From the NCBI GenBank assembly GCA_039794845.1, contig JAUQVK010000086.1, positions 12,589-76,588 of the forward strand: a stretch of 64,000 nt of DNA, read 5' to 3'. Each line of letters begins with the position of its first letter. Positions within the stretch are counted from its first letter, which is position 1. Both the position numbers and the translations under genes were made by a program. Positions 50,697 through 60,131 of the stretch are shown piece after piece. The stretch is from Thermostichus sp. DRC_bins_24 (GTDB lineage: Bacteria > Cyanobacteriota > Cyanobacteriia > Thermostichales > Thermostichaceae). The notes beneath the pieces are model-generated. The model had not been told where the DNA came from. It saw only the letters and a program-made list of their open reading frames with translations, and ran no database searches.

Positions 50697-53030
50697 TTAG
50701 TCGTCCTCTTCGTAGGGGCGGCCCTCTCCGATCACCGCCAGGTCAATTTGTTGTCGGTAGTAGTCGACATTTTTGATCTGCACCTCCACCCGATCCCCAA
50801 GGCGAAACTGCTGCCGGCTTTTGCGCCCCACCAGCGCCTGTTGGCGGTTGCGATACTCGTACCAGTCGTTTTTCAACGAGCTGACCCGCACCAGCCCTTC
50901 TGCGAGGATTGGATCCACCTGGACGAAAAAGCCGTAATTTTGCACGCCGATGATCAGGCCGGGGAACACCTCTCCCAAGTGTTTTTGCATGAATTCCGAG
51001 CGCTTTAAGCCCATCAGCTCCTGCTCCGCCTGCTGCCGCACTTGGTGCCCCTGACGTAGCCCCTCCAGTTGACGCTGGAGAAACTCCTGCCATTCCTCTT
51101 GTACTTTCGGCGGCAACACATTCCAGTTGATCTGACCGTGACAGGTGTGGCTGTGCAGATCCACGCCCGTTTTCACCCGCGTGCTGCGGCGATCCCGTCC
51201 TTTGCTCAGGGCCAAGTGGAGGGCGCGCAAATTGAGCAGATCCCCGTAGCGGCGTAGGGGGGCCGTAAAGGTGGCATAGGGATCCCGCAACCCCAAACCA
51301 AAATGGCCCAGAGATTCCCCTTCGGGCAGAGGCTGTAGGCGATACTCCACAGGGGGCAAGGTGGCCAACATCTGCGCCACCAAAGCGGGGCTGGCCCCGG
51401 AAGCCAACACATCCGGGGCGGTGATGCGGGCACAAATCCGTTGCCAATCCGCCAGTGTTACGGTGTCGGGATCCTGCAAATTCAGATCCAGCTTCATGGA
51501 GTTGGCCAGGCGCAAAAAGCTCTGCAGAGCTTCGGCGCTGGGGGCGGGCTGCACCCGGGCCAAAGAAGGGATCCCCAGCTGGCGCAGGTGGTTGCCGAGG
51601 GTCTGGTTGGCCAGCAACAACACCTCCGTCATCAGGGCATGGGCGCTGAGGCGGTCGCTCACCAACAGGGGACCGTAGCTGCTTTCGTCGGCAGAGTGAG
51701 GGGTGAGCAAGTCCAGTAGGGGTAGATCGAACCCGCCCGCTTGGTGGCGTTTCACCCGCAGAATTTGGCTGAGGCGCAGCAGGTTTTGCAGCAGCGCCAT
51801 CAACTCCGGCATCTCCTCATCGGGGCTGAGGTCGGCGGCAGTGGCCAGAAGGGCCTGTACCTGACCATAGGACAGGTGCGCCCGCGATTGCACCAGGCTG
51901 GGCTGGATCTCGAAACCTTCCAGGCTCCCCTCTGAGCTTATGTTCAGCAGCAAAGAATAGGCCAGTCGCTCCTGTTGGGGCAGCAGAGCCAGACGGTTGT
52001 GAACCTCGGGGGGGAACAGCGGCAGCACCATCGTATCCAGATAGACGGTGGCGGTGCGCTGCTGGGCCTCTTGCTCAAGGGGATGAAGGGAGTCGTCGGT
52101 GCGGGCCGGCTCCAACCAATGGGGTACGTCGGCAATGTGGATCCCCAGCAGCCAGCCCCCTTCTGACCGGGCTTGCAAGGAGACGGCCACATTGGGCTCC
52201 AGGCCATGGGGGTGCTGCAGATCCAGCGGTTCTAGGGTGACACAAAGCCAATCCCGCAGGTCGCGGCGACCCTTCAGATCGGAACGGCTGAGCTTTTTGG
52301 GGAGCGCGGCGGCGGCTTCCAATACCGAGGCTGGGAACTCCTGGGGCAGGTTGTACTTACAACAGACCAGGTCTGCATCGATGGAGGCATCGGGGCCATT
52401 GCCCAAAAGTTTGCGAATGGTGCCGGTCGCGGGCAAATCCCCCAGCGGGTAGCGCTCCACCTCCACGTAGGCGACACGGCCTTCCAGCCGCTCTGTTGGG
52501 GATCCCTCTGGGGTGGCAAGCGGTTGGCTCTCGGGTAGGGCCAACTCGAATAGCAGCCGGTCGTCTAACGGCACCACCCGCAATCCCTGTTCCGTCTGCT
52601 TCAGACGGCCCACTAAGGTGGAATTCACCCGCTCGATCACCGCCACCACTTCCCCCTCAGGGCTACGGCGACGATTGCCATCTTTGGTGACCCGCGCCAA
52701 CACCTGATCGCCATTCCAAGCGCCACTTAAATTGCTGCCGTGGATATACACATCTTCTACCCCCGGCTCATCCCGAATGGCGAAGCAAAACCCTTTGCTC
52801 GAACAGCGCAACCGCCCCACCACCAACGACTCATCCTGCTGTCGACGGTAGCGGGGCGGATCCCCCGATTGTTCGAGAAATCCCGCCCGCACCAGCCCCT
52901 CCAGGGCAATCTCGAGCATTTCTTCCGCTTCGGGGTCTTGGGCTTGCAGGAGGGTGAGGAGAGTGTCTTTGTCGGTGAATTGGTCGGGCGCTTGGGACAG
53001 AAAATGATGAAAAATCCGAGAGAAGTCCAT
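50697..53030 (-). CDS. RNase II/R-family (RNB + S1) protein, Zam-like
   Basis: LRCSSKGFCFA cold-shock domain, IHIADV, HFGLG...FTAPLRRYGDL, C-terminal S1; catalytic Asp cluster not found. Confidence 0.85.
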   Translation of the reverse strand: MDFSRIFHHFLSQAPDQFTDKDTLLTLLQAQDPEAEEMLEIALEGLVRAGFLEQSGDPPRYRRQQDESLVVGRLRCSSKGFCFAIRDEPGVEDVYIHGSNLSGAWNGDQVLARVTKDGNRRRSPEGEVVAVIERVNSTLVGRLKQTEQGLRVVPLDDRLLFELALPESQPLATPEGSPTERLEGRVAYVEVERYPLGDLPATGTIRKLLGNGPDASIDADLVCCKYNLPQEFPASVLEAAAALPKKLSRSDLKGRRDLRDWLCVTLEPLDLQHPHGLEPNVAVSLQARSEGGWLLGIHIADVPHWLEPARTDDSLHPLEQEAQQRTATVYLDTMVLPLFPPEVHNRLALLPQQERLAYSLLLNISSEGSLEGFEIQPSLVQSRAHLSYGQVQALLATAADLSPDEEMPELMALLQNLLRLSQILRVKRHQAGGFDLPLLDLLTPHSADESSYGPLLVSDRLSAHALMTEVLLLANQTLGNHLRQLGIPSLARVQPAPSAEALQSFLRLANSMKLDLNLQDPDTVTLADWQRICARITAPDVLASGASPALVAQMLATLPPVEYRLQPLPEGESLGHFGLGLRDPYATFTAPLRRYGDLLNLRALHLALSKGRDRRSTRVKTGVDLHSHTCHGQINWNVLPPKVQEEWQEFLQRQLEGLRQGHQVRQQAEQELMGLKRSEFMQKHLGEVFPGLIIGVQNYGFFVQVDPILAEGLVRVSSLKNDWYEYRNRQQALVGRKSRQQFRLGDRVEVQIKNVDYYRQQIDLAVIGEGRPYEEDD

Positions 53031-53103
53031 TGCGGGTATCAGCGAAAGAAGAGAGAAGAAGGGTGGGTTAGAGCATCAAGAAACGGGCCAAACCCCGTTG
53101 GCG

Positions 53104-53745
53104 TTAGTCACGGTGGCCGGTAACGATAAAGGCCACCCGCTGACCGATGTTGGTGCTGTGGTCAGCCAGACGTTCGAGGTAGCGGATCGACAGCAACATC
53201 AACAGGATAGGCTCGATCGATCCCTTGATGTCAGACTGCTGCGCCAACGTATTGTAAAGGCTTGTGTAGTCCTCATCAACCGCGTCGTCCTCGCGCTTCA
53301 GTTGTAGGCCCAGATCCGCATCCAATTCCGTTAGGGCCGCCAGGCTGTGGCTGAGCATTTTTTGGCAGCGCTGCATCATCACCTGAATCCGCCCCAACTC
53401 CGGCGGCGGCGGATACATCACCAGGCGCAGGGCCACTTCCGCCAAATCTTTGGCGTAGTCGCCGATCCGCTCCAGATCCCGAATCAGTTGCATTAGGGTA
53501 CTGATCCAGCGCAGATCCCGCGCTACGGGGGAGCGCAAAGCAATCAGGCTGATACAGTCTTTTTCAATCTGGCGGTAGAGGTGGTCGATCTGCTTGTCTT
53601 GGGCCATCACCTGTTCGGCGGCGGCCAGATTTCGCTCAAACAGAGCCTGTTGAGCCAGCACGACGGATTTTTCCGCCAAGGCCCCCATGCGCAGTACATC
53701 CTGCTGTACTCGTTTGATGTGAAGTTGAAGTTCAATTTGCCCCAT
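53104..53745 (-). CDS. phoU: Phosphate transport regulator PhoU
   Basis: PVARDLR, DLERIGDYA, YLERLADHSTNI. Confidence 0.93.
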   Translation of the reverse strand: MGQIELQLHIKRVQQDVLRMGALAEKSVVLAQQALFERNLAAAEQVMAQDKQIDHLYRQIEKDCISLIALRSPVARDLRWISTLMQLIRDLERIGDYAKDLAEVALRLVMYPPPPELGRIQVMMQRCQKMLSHSLAALTELDADLGLQLKREDDAVDEDYTSLYNTLAQQSDIKGSIEPILLMLLSIRYLERLADHSTNIGQRVAFIVTGHRD

Positions 53746-53946
53746 TGCTCTCCCCGGCGGGGGATGTTGTCCGAGAGGGTATCCCGAACAATATAAAGAA
53801 TCCCCCACTGTATGATGACAAACTTCTCCAGGGCTGCGGCGCGGGAATGACCGCAAATCTGAGGGAGGATGAGAAAGCATCTGCAGGAGGGCAAAAGGTT
53901 CCGTCTGCGGATCTTGCTGGTTTGTTTCGTGGCTTTAGTCTGTCTC

Positions 53947-55284
53947 ATGGCCGTTCCCCCGATTATTGTCTTGGATGACGACCCCACCGGATCCCAAACG
54001 GTGCACAGTTGCTTGCTCCTCACCCGCTGGGATCCCGACACCTTAAAACTGGGTTTGCAGGATGGATCCCCGATTCGCTTTATCCTCACCAATACCCGTG
54101 CCCTCTCGCCGGCGGAGGCGGTGCAGGTGACCCAATCGGTCTGCCAAGCCTTGAAAGGGGTGATGGAGGAGTTGGGGCATCCAGAGGGGATCTTTGTCAG
54201 CCGTTCCGACTCGACACTGCGCGGGCATTACCCCCTAGAAACCGATGTGATGGCGGCGGAGTTGGGGCCTTTCGACGCCCATTTTTTGGTGCCGGCCTTT
54301 TTTGAGGGGGGGCGCATCACGCGGGATAGCGTGCATTATCTGCGGGTGGCAGGAGAATGGGTGCCCGTTCACGAGACGGAATTTGCCCGAGATTCGGTTT
54401 TTGCCTACCACCACAGCTATTTGCCGGAGTATGTGCAGGAGAAGACCCAGGGGCGCATTGCCGCTGACCAAGTGGAACGGTTTACCTTGGAACAAATTCG
54501 TGCCGGCTGTCTGGAGCGGCTGCTGGCGTTGCAGGGAAATGTCTGCTGTGTGGTGGATGGGGAAACTCAGGCGGATTTGGATCGCTTTGCTGCGGATGTG
54601 TTGGCGGCGGCCTCTCGGGGCAAGCGCTTTTTGTTTCGCAGTGCCGCCAGTTTGTTAACGGCCTTGGCCCAGTTGCCCCCACAACCGGTTCCCCCCGAGC
54701 AGATGGGGCAGTTTGTCAGATCGGAGCAGCCGGGGGTGGTGATCGTCGGATCCCATGTGAAAAAGTCGAGCCAGCAACTGAGCCAGCTGTTGCAAGAGCC
54801 CGGGATCCAAGCCATTGAAGTGGAGGTGAAGCGGCTGTTGCAGCCTGGTCGCGAACCAGAACTGCTGCAGGAGATCCTCGCCCAAGTGTACCGGGCTCAT
54901 GGGGCCGGGCTTACCCCTGTGGTTTACACCAGCCGGGAAGAACTCACGTTTGCCAACGGGGGCAACTCGGCGGTAGAAGCTCGTCTGGCCTTTGGGCAAA
55001 GGGTTTCGGGGTTGTTGATGCAGGTGGTGCAGGGCTTGCCTGCCGAAATTGGCTACTTGATCAGCAAAGGAGGGATCACCTCCAACGACACCCTGAGTGT
55101 GGGCCTGAACCTGCCGGCGGTGCGTCTGCTGGGGCAGATCTTTCCGGGAGTCTCGATGGTGATTACACCAACAGATCACCCGCGCTTTCCTCGGCTGCCG
55201 GTGGTGCTGTTTCCGGGCAATGTCGGCGAGGCAGATACCCTGGCTCTGATTCATCGTCGCCTGTCGAGCCGGGGGCTGGTTTAG
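53947..55284 (+). CDS. Four-carbon acid sugar kinase family (DUF1537)
   Basis: VLDDDPTG, SRSDSTLRGH, SKGGITS, FPGNVG. Confidence 0.9.
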   Translation: MAVPPIIVLDDDPTGSQTVHSCLLLTRWDPDTLKLGLQDGSPIRFILTNTRALSPAEAVQVTQSVCQALKGVMEELGHPEGIFVSRSDSTLRGHYPLETDVMAAELGPFDAHFLVPAFFEGGRITRDSVHYLRVAGEWVPVHETEFARDSVFAYHHSYLPEYVQEKTQGRIAADQVERFTLEQIRAGCLERLLALQGNVCCVVDGETQADLDRFAADVLAAASRGKRFLFRSAASLLTALAQLPPQPVPPEQMGQFVRSEQPGVVIVGSHVKKSSQQLSQLLQEPGIQAIEVEVKRLLQPGREPELLQEILAQVYRAHGAGLTPVVYTSREELTFANGGNSAVEARLAFGQRVSGLLMQVVQGLPAEIGYLISKGGITSNDTLSVGLNLPAVRLLGQIFPGVSMVITPTDHPRFPRLPVVLFPGNVGEADTLALIHRRLSSRGLV

Positions 55285-55328
55285 CCTGAAGAGGATGGCC
55301 TTGTCTATTTCCCCTTCGCGCCCCACCT

Positions 55329-56843
55329 ATGGCCGATCTTGTCACTCCGCCAGAAGCCCTACCCAGCTTGGATCGCTGGTGGGGATCCCTGCGCCAGCGG
55401 CAATTAAGCCCCCCCTTATCTGGGGTGCAGTCTTCGACTCAGCCGCTGGCATCCCTGGATGCCGATGTGGTGATCGCAGGGGGTACCTTGGGGATCCTCT
55501 TGGGGGCAGCCTTAGCCAAGCGGGGTTGGCGGGTGATCCTGCTAGAACGGGGGATCCTGCGGGGCCGAGAGCAGGAGTGGAACATCTCCGATCAGGAATT
55601 GCAGGTTTTGCTGGCGCTGGACTTGCTCAGCCCGGCGGAGCTGGAACAGGTGAAGGTGACTCACTATCCCTCAGGGCGGATTGGCTTTGGGGGAGGGCCC
55701 AGTTGGTGGGTGGAGGAGGTGCTGAATGTAGGGGTCGATCCGATGGGGCTGCTGGAGCACCTGAAGGCTCGCTTTTTGCACTGGGGAGGCCGACTGTTAG
55801 AAAAGACGGCTTTTGTGGGGGCCACCGTTCACCCCGACGGGATCCACATCCAAACCGATACAGACAAGATCCGCGCCCAACTCCTGCTGGATGCTATGGG
55901 GCACCGTTCGCCGGTGGTGGCGCAAGCGAGAAGGGGGCAACTGCCGGATAGCGTTTGTTTGGTGGTGGGATCCTGTGCCCGGGGGTTGCCCGCTCAGCCG
56001 ACGGGGGATCTGTTTTATAGCTTTGCCCCGGCGCAACCGGGGTATCAGCCCTTCTGGGAAGCCTTCCCCGCCCGTGATGGGCGTACCACCTATCTGTTTA
56101 CCTACTGCGATCTGCACCCGACGCGCCCCAGCCTCAATACCCTCTGGCAAGACTACTTGCAGGGGCTGCCCACCTATCAAGGCGTGGATTTGGCCCAGAT
56201 CACCTGGGTACGCAAGTTGTGTGGGGTTTTTCCGGCCTATCGCCGCAGCCCCTTGCAAATGCCCTGGGATCGCATCTTGGCGGTGGGAGACAGCAGTGGC
56301 AGCCAGTCCCCCCTTAGTTTTGGCGGATTTGGGGCGATGTTGCGGCACCTGGCCCGCTTACAACAAGGGATCCACGAGGCTCTCTCTCAGCAACGGTTGG
56401 ATCAGCCTTCTCTGGCCCTTTTGCAACCCTATCAGCCCAACTTGGCCGTGACTTGGATGTTTCAGAAGGCGATGATCCCGCCGCTCAAGAGGGAGAATTG
56501 GGATCCCGAGAGCATTAACCGCCTGCTGAGCAGCGTGTTTGGGGCAATGTTTGCCGCCGGGCCCCAAGTGGTGAAGCCCTTTTTACAGGATGTGGTGCAG
56601 TTTGGTGGACTGGCGCAGGCGTTGCTGGGGGTGATGGGCCGGGATCCCCTCTTGGTTGCAGACCTCCTGAAGCAGATTGGGCCTTGGGAGCTGATGCAGT
56701 GGATGGGCCATTTTGGCTCGTTGGGGGTTTATGACCTACTGAATCGGATCCCTGTGGATTGGGAAGGGGTAGCTTCCAATTATTTCTGGAAACGCCGCCG
56801 CGAAGCTTGGCAATACGGCTCTGGAGGGGATCATGGAGGCTAG
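55329..56843 (+). CDS. cruP: FAD-dependent lycopene-cyclase paralog (CruA/CruP family)
   Basis: DVVIAGGTLG, GREQEWNIS, QSPLSFGGFG, YGSGGD. Confidence 0.78.
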   Translation: MADLVTPPEALPSLDRWWGSLRQRQLSPPLSGVQSSTQPLASLDADVVIAGGTLGILLGAALAKRGWRVILLERGILRGREQEWNISDQELQVLLALDLLSPAELEQVKVTHYPSGRIGFGGGPSWWVEEVLNVGVDPMGLLEHLKARFLHWGGRLLEKTAFVGATVHPDGIHIQTDTDKIRAQLLLDAMGHRSPVVAQARRGQLPDSVCLVVGSCARGLPAQPTGDLFYSFAPAQPGYQPFWEAFPARDGRTTYLFTYCDLHPTRPSLNTLWQDYLQGLPTYQGVDLAQITWVRKLCGVFPAYRRSPLQMPWDRILAVGDSSGSQSPLSFGGFGAMLRHLARLQQGIHEALSQQRLDQPSLALLQPYQPNLAVTWMFQKAMIPPLKRENWDPESINRLLSSVFGAMFAAGPQVVKPFLQDVVQFGGLAQALLGVMGRDPLLVADLLKQIGPWELMQWMGHFGSLGVYDLLNRIPVDWEGVASNYFWKRRREAWQYGSGGDHGG

Positions 56844-56919
56844 CTTCTCCCCCAAATTCTGTTTGCGACCGCTTCGGCAAGTTGCTGAAACAAGGTATTG
56901 GGGTTGACCAGCCTATTCT

Positions 56920-57252
56920 TCAGCCTCCTATCTTGCGGAACAACAACCTGCTCAGAGTAACCTGCAGGACCGTTGTCATCTGCCCTTCCTGCCGGGGATC
57001 CCGTGGGCGCAAGGTTAGACGAGGGGTGACCAAGGAAGCGGTGATCCGTCCGCCTGCCAGATCTAGCCAGATCAAATTACCAAAGCGGCGACAGGATCCC
57101 CCTAGGGTTTGGGTCAGCTGCTCCAGCTCGGCCCAGGTCAGGCAACGGGGCAGATGAATATCAACCGCCCACCCCAGCCCACATTCTCGCCGCCGTGTTC
57201 TGGGCAACTCAGAGGTGATAAAGGAATCAAGCTCGGTAGGCGGTGAACTCAC
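56920..57252 (-). CDS. Small hypothetical protein coupled to the V4R gene
   Basis: GTG start overlaps the V4R gene 3' end; fills the gap before cruP. Confidence 0.55.
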   Translation of the reverse strand: MSSPPTELDSFITSELPRTRRRECGLGWAVDIHLPRCLTWAELEQLTQTLGGSCRRFGNLIWLDLAGGRITASLVTPRLTLRPRDPRQEGQMTTVLQVTLSRLLFRKIGG

Positions 57253-58468
57253 ACCATGGATCCCCTTTTTCGCGAGCTTTCACCTCACTGCCCTGAAACA
57301 CCCCACCCCGTTGGAACAGTCGGTTGTAAAAAGCCTGATCAAGGGTGGGTTTGTCGGCCACCTTGCCGTTGTAGACGATATTCATCATGGCGGGCACGGC
57401 CCCCTGGGCAAAGTAACACGCGGGCTCATGCCGGTCAGGATGAGAGGCCAAAAAGTAATTGGCCTCGTAGTTGCCGTCGATCACCACTCGACAATCTTGG
57501 TTGCTGGTGACCTCCACCGCCTGCCACCGCCCCCAACCCAAGCTACTGGCCACCGCGTAGCCCCCATGGATCCAATCGGTATCGGACTGAATCATGGGCA
57601 GCACCAAGCTTTCCCATTCCACCGATTCCATGATGTTGCCGAAGGTATAGAAAACACAAACATGGCCCGATTCGCGGATCAGATCCTGGCCGACCCCCAG
57701 CAATTCTGGATTGACCTGCCGCAGCGCCTCCAAAAAGCGATATTGAATCCGGTTGTAGAAGTTGGCAGGCATGCGGGTGAGCAGTACGTTGAAAGCTCGG
57801 ATTTGACCGGTCTCATCCCCCATCAACGGCAGCGACCAGAGGGCCTCATTGACAGCATCGTAATCCACCGATGTTTTGGGATCCGGTAAGGGCTGCGGTT
57901 GGTCGATCAGCTGCCCCATTCGCGGGCTAGGGGTGAGCCGACGGGGCACCGCCGCTGGCACCACCTGGATCAGACAGTGCTCCCCCCGCGTCACCGCAAT
58001 GCAGCTGGTCTCTTCGGCCACATAGTGTCCCAACTCCCCAAATACCGCATCAAAGAGGGCCGCTGCATAGCCTACCGCCAAATGATCGATGGGCTTGGTG
58101 CGGTTGACCTGCTCCCCATATTTACCCAGCCAGCCCTCTGCATAGTGGGAATGGTACAGCTTGACCGTGCCCCCTTGGTCGGTGCCCGTGATCTCCAGAC
58201 GGCCAAACCCCAAAAAGGCAAAGATTTCAGCCGCTACCTGAAAGCCAACCTGGGGATCCCTTGTCCTGTGCTGTGTCAGGGCCTCATGTAAAAGACTGTA
58301 AAAAATCTCCTGGGCCGAGGTGCGCAAAATGCTGATCCCATCAATCCAGTCGGGATCCTCAATGGTCTGCTGCAAAAAGAGATTGTAGTGGTGGCAGTGG
58401 AAAATAACGGGTTCCCCCCAAAACGACACCAGCTTCCGTGGGCGGTCAACCTGTAGATGCTCAAGCAC
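57227..58468 (-). CDS. Tandem (double) V4R-fold protein
   Basis: Two repeats: FLGFGRL...EETSCIAVTRGEHC and SLGWGRW...EVKAREKGDPWCEF; GGAG RBS before the GTG start. Confidence 0.75.
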   Translation of the reverse strand: MLEHLQVDRPRKLVSFWGEPVIFHCHHYNLFLQQTIEDPDWIDGISILRTSAQEIFYSLLHEALTQHRTRDPQVGFQVAAEIFAFLGFGRLEITGTDQGGTVKLYHSHYAEGWLGKYGEQVNRTKPIDHLAVGYAAALFDAVFGELGHYVAEETSCIAVTRGEHCLIQVVPAAVPRRLTPSPRMGQLIDQPQPLPDPKTSVDYDAVNEALWSLPLMGDETGQIRAFNVLLTRMPANFYNRIQYRFLEALRQVNPELLGVGQDLIRESGHVCVFYTFGNIMESVEWESLVLPMIQSDTDWIHGGYAVASSLGWGRWQAVEVTSNQDCRVVIDGNYEANYFLASHPDRHEPACYFAQGAVPAMMNIVYNGKVADKPTLDQAFYNRLFQRGGVFQGSEVKAREKGDPWCEFTAYRA

Positions 58469-58484
58469 AAGCCATACTCCATCA

Positions 58485-58512
58485 AAATTACGGAGGCGAA
58501 ATTACGGAGGCG
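58485..58512 (+). repeat. Tandem 14-mer (AAATTACGGAGGCG)x2
   Basis: Read directly from the sequence, in the intercistronic gap. Confidence 0.9.
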
Positions 58513-58532
58513 AAGGGATTGGACCGGATCCC

Positions 58533-59144
58533 TCAGGACACAGCGATGGGCAGACGTTCAACCCCCAGCAGGTCGGCTACCCCTCTGTAGAGGATCCGAA
58601 CCTCGCTTTGATTGAGGGATCCTTTTTCGAGTCGCTCCCGATGTAGACCCGTCTTCAGCGAGAGGCGCAACATCACGAAGTTGGGATCTGGAGCATAGCG
58701 ACGGGCGTAGCTGAGCAGTTGCTGAGCCGTAGAGACCACCGCATCCTGAACGGGTGGTAACAGGGGTTGAGCGTCCATTAGGATTGCCTTCAGCCGCTCG
58801 AGCACCAGCTTAAGTTCTGTGCTGGCCTTGGTTACCATCAGCACGAAATAGGGAGACTTAGGAAAAGCCTTGATCACCAGCCGCAGACTTGAGGATCCGG
58901 CCAGCAAGTTCTCAGCGGTGGCCTTGCTGTCAAACAGATGGCAGAACTGAGTGTTAGCACGTAGCAGATCACTGGCATAGGCTGTAAGCGTACGCAGCTC
59001 AGGATTTGTAAAATTTACAGCATTGTAGTTAATTTCGGCTACGGTAGCATCATCCGTACTACGCCCGATGGCCACGGCTAAAACTCCGGGCAAACCTGCA
59101 ATATGCTGTTCCAAGACGCTACCAAGGCTACGCACTGCGACCAT
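58533..59144 (-). CDS. Roadblock/LC7 (MglB)-like protein with helical C-terminal domain
   Basis: LPGVLAVAIG..DD..V helix-strand start, PYFVLMVT...LKLVL end; C-terminal APDPNFVMLRLSLKTG. Confidence 0.55.
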   Translation of the reverse strand: MVAVRSLGSVLEQHIAGLPGVLAVAIGRSTDDATVAEINYNAVNFTNPELRTLTAYASDLLRANTQFCHLFDSKATAENLLAGSSSLRLVIKAFPKSPYFVLMVTKASTELKLVLERLKAILMDAQPLLPPVQDAVVSTAQQLLSYARRYAPDPNFVMLRLSLKTGLHRERLEKGSLNQSEVRILYRGVADLLGVERLPIAVS

Positions 59145-59197
59145 ACTGGCACCATCACAAATCTAAGTGTTTTCATCCAACTGCATAGAGTACTATA

Positions 59198-59229
59198 TCA
59201 CATCCATGTGTGACATCTATCAGTAGATG
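59198..59229. promoter_or_regulatory. Candidate CRP/FNR-family operator with palindromes upstream of the roadblock-V4R operon
   Basis: TCACA-N6-TGTGA (59198-59213), TGTGA-N6-TCAGT (59209-59224), CATCTA-N4-TAGATG (59214-59229). Confidence 0.35.
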
Positions 59230-59630
59230 AGAGAAGATACTTAAGTTAAGACTAAGGATTGTTTCTAAGGCTTTAAGTGCTTTCTCGGATACGGCTTACA
59301 CGTTTACACCCATGTGCTCAAGGCGGTTGCGGGGTGAGAAGCCCTTTGGATATCGATCTGGGTAGGTTAGCGGGCTTTCCGGTTTTGACATCCTCTCCAC
59401 CCAATCGCCAGTCGATTCCAGTCTCAGATGAAATCCCGGCAAAAGCACCGATCCAAGGATTAAGCCTGGGTGCCCGACTCTCGACTGGCCCCCGGTCACC
59501 ACAGGGATCCCATACCCACCTCCGCTCCAACCCGCTTACTGCAAGCCCCAAAGTCTCGGGTCTCCTCTCCCGGTTTATGAAATCGGCAGTACCACACGAG
59601 TACGGCCCTTCCGCTAGTGACCACCGACAA

Positions 59631-60098
59631 CTAGTGACCGACAACGGAATCCCGCTTGGCGATTTGACGCAGCGCCTCAAACAAAGCGATGGCCACGGCA
59701 TTGCTCAAGTTTAGGCTGCGCACCGGCCCACACAAAGGGATCCGCACACTGGGGTACTGCTCCAAAAACGTTGGATCTAAGCCTTTGCTCTCGCTGCCAA
59801 ATACCAGCCAATCTTCGGATTCATAGGCCACTTCTGTGTAAAGCTCCTTGCCACGTACACTAAAACACCACAGGCGTGCCTGCGGGTGAGTCTGGGTAAA
59901 GCTCTCCCAGGAGGGGTAGCGCTGCAACTGGACATGCTCCCAGTAATCCAGCCCAGCGCGTTTCAGGTAGCGATCGGACAGGCGAAAACCCAGGGGATCC
60001 ACCAAATGTAGAGGTGTATCGGTGGCTGCACAGGTACGGGCGATATTGCCCGTATTGGCAGGGATCTCCGGTGCAACCAAAACAATGTGGAGAGGCAT
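59631..60098 (-). CDS. trmL: tRNA (cytidine/uridine-34 2'-O)-methyltransferase
   Basis: PEIPANTGNIARTC, RAGLDYW, FGSESKGL, RSLNLSN. Confidence 0.93.
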   Translation of the reverse strand: MPLHIVLVAPEIPANTGNIARTCAATDTPLHLVDPLGFRLSDRYLKRAGLDYWEHVQLQRYPSWESFTQTHPQARLWCFSVRGKELYTEVAYESEDWLVFGSESKGLDPTFLEQYPSVRIPLCGPVRSLNLSNAVAIALFEALRQIAKRDSVVGH

Positions 60099-60131
60099 GA
60101 GGTCAAGGAAGAGATTCGTGTCTTTGGCTGC

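Noticed and set aside
59277..59630. Short ORFs or an RNA gene between trmL and the roadblock-like gene
   Set aside because: No recognisable protein motif, tRNA cloverleaf or SRP RNA signature; left unannotated.
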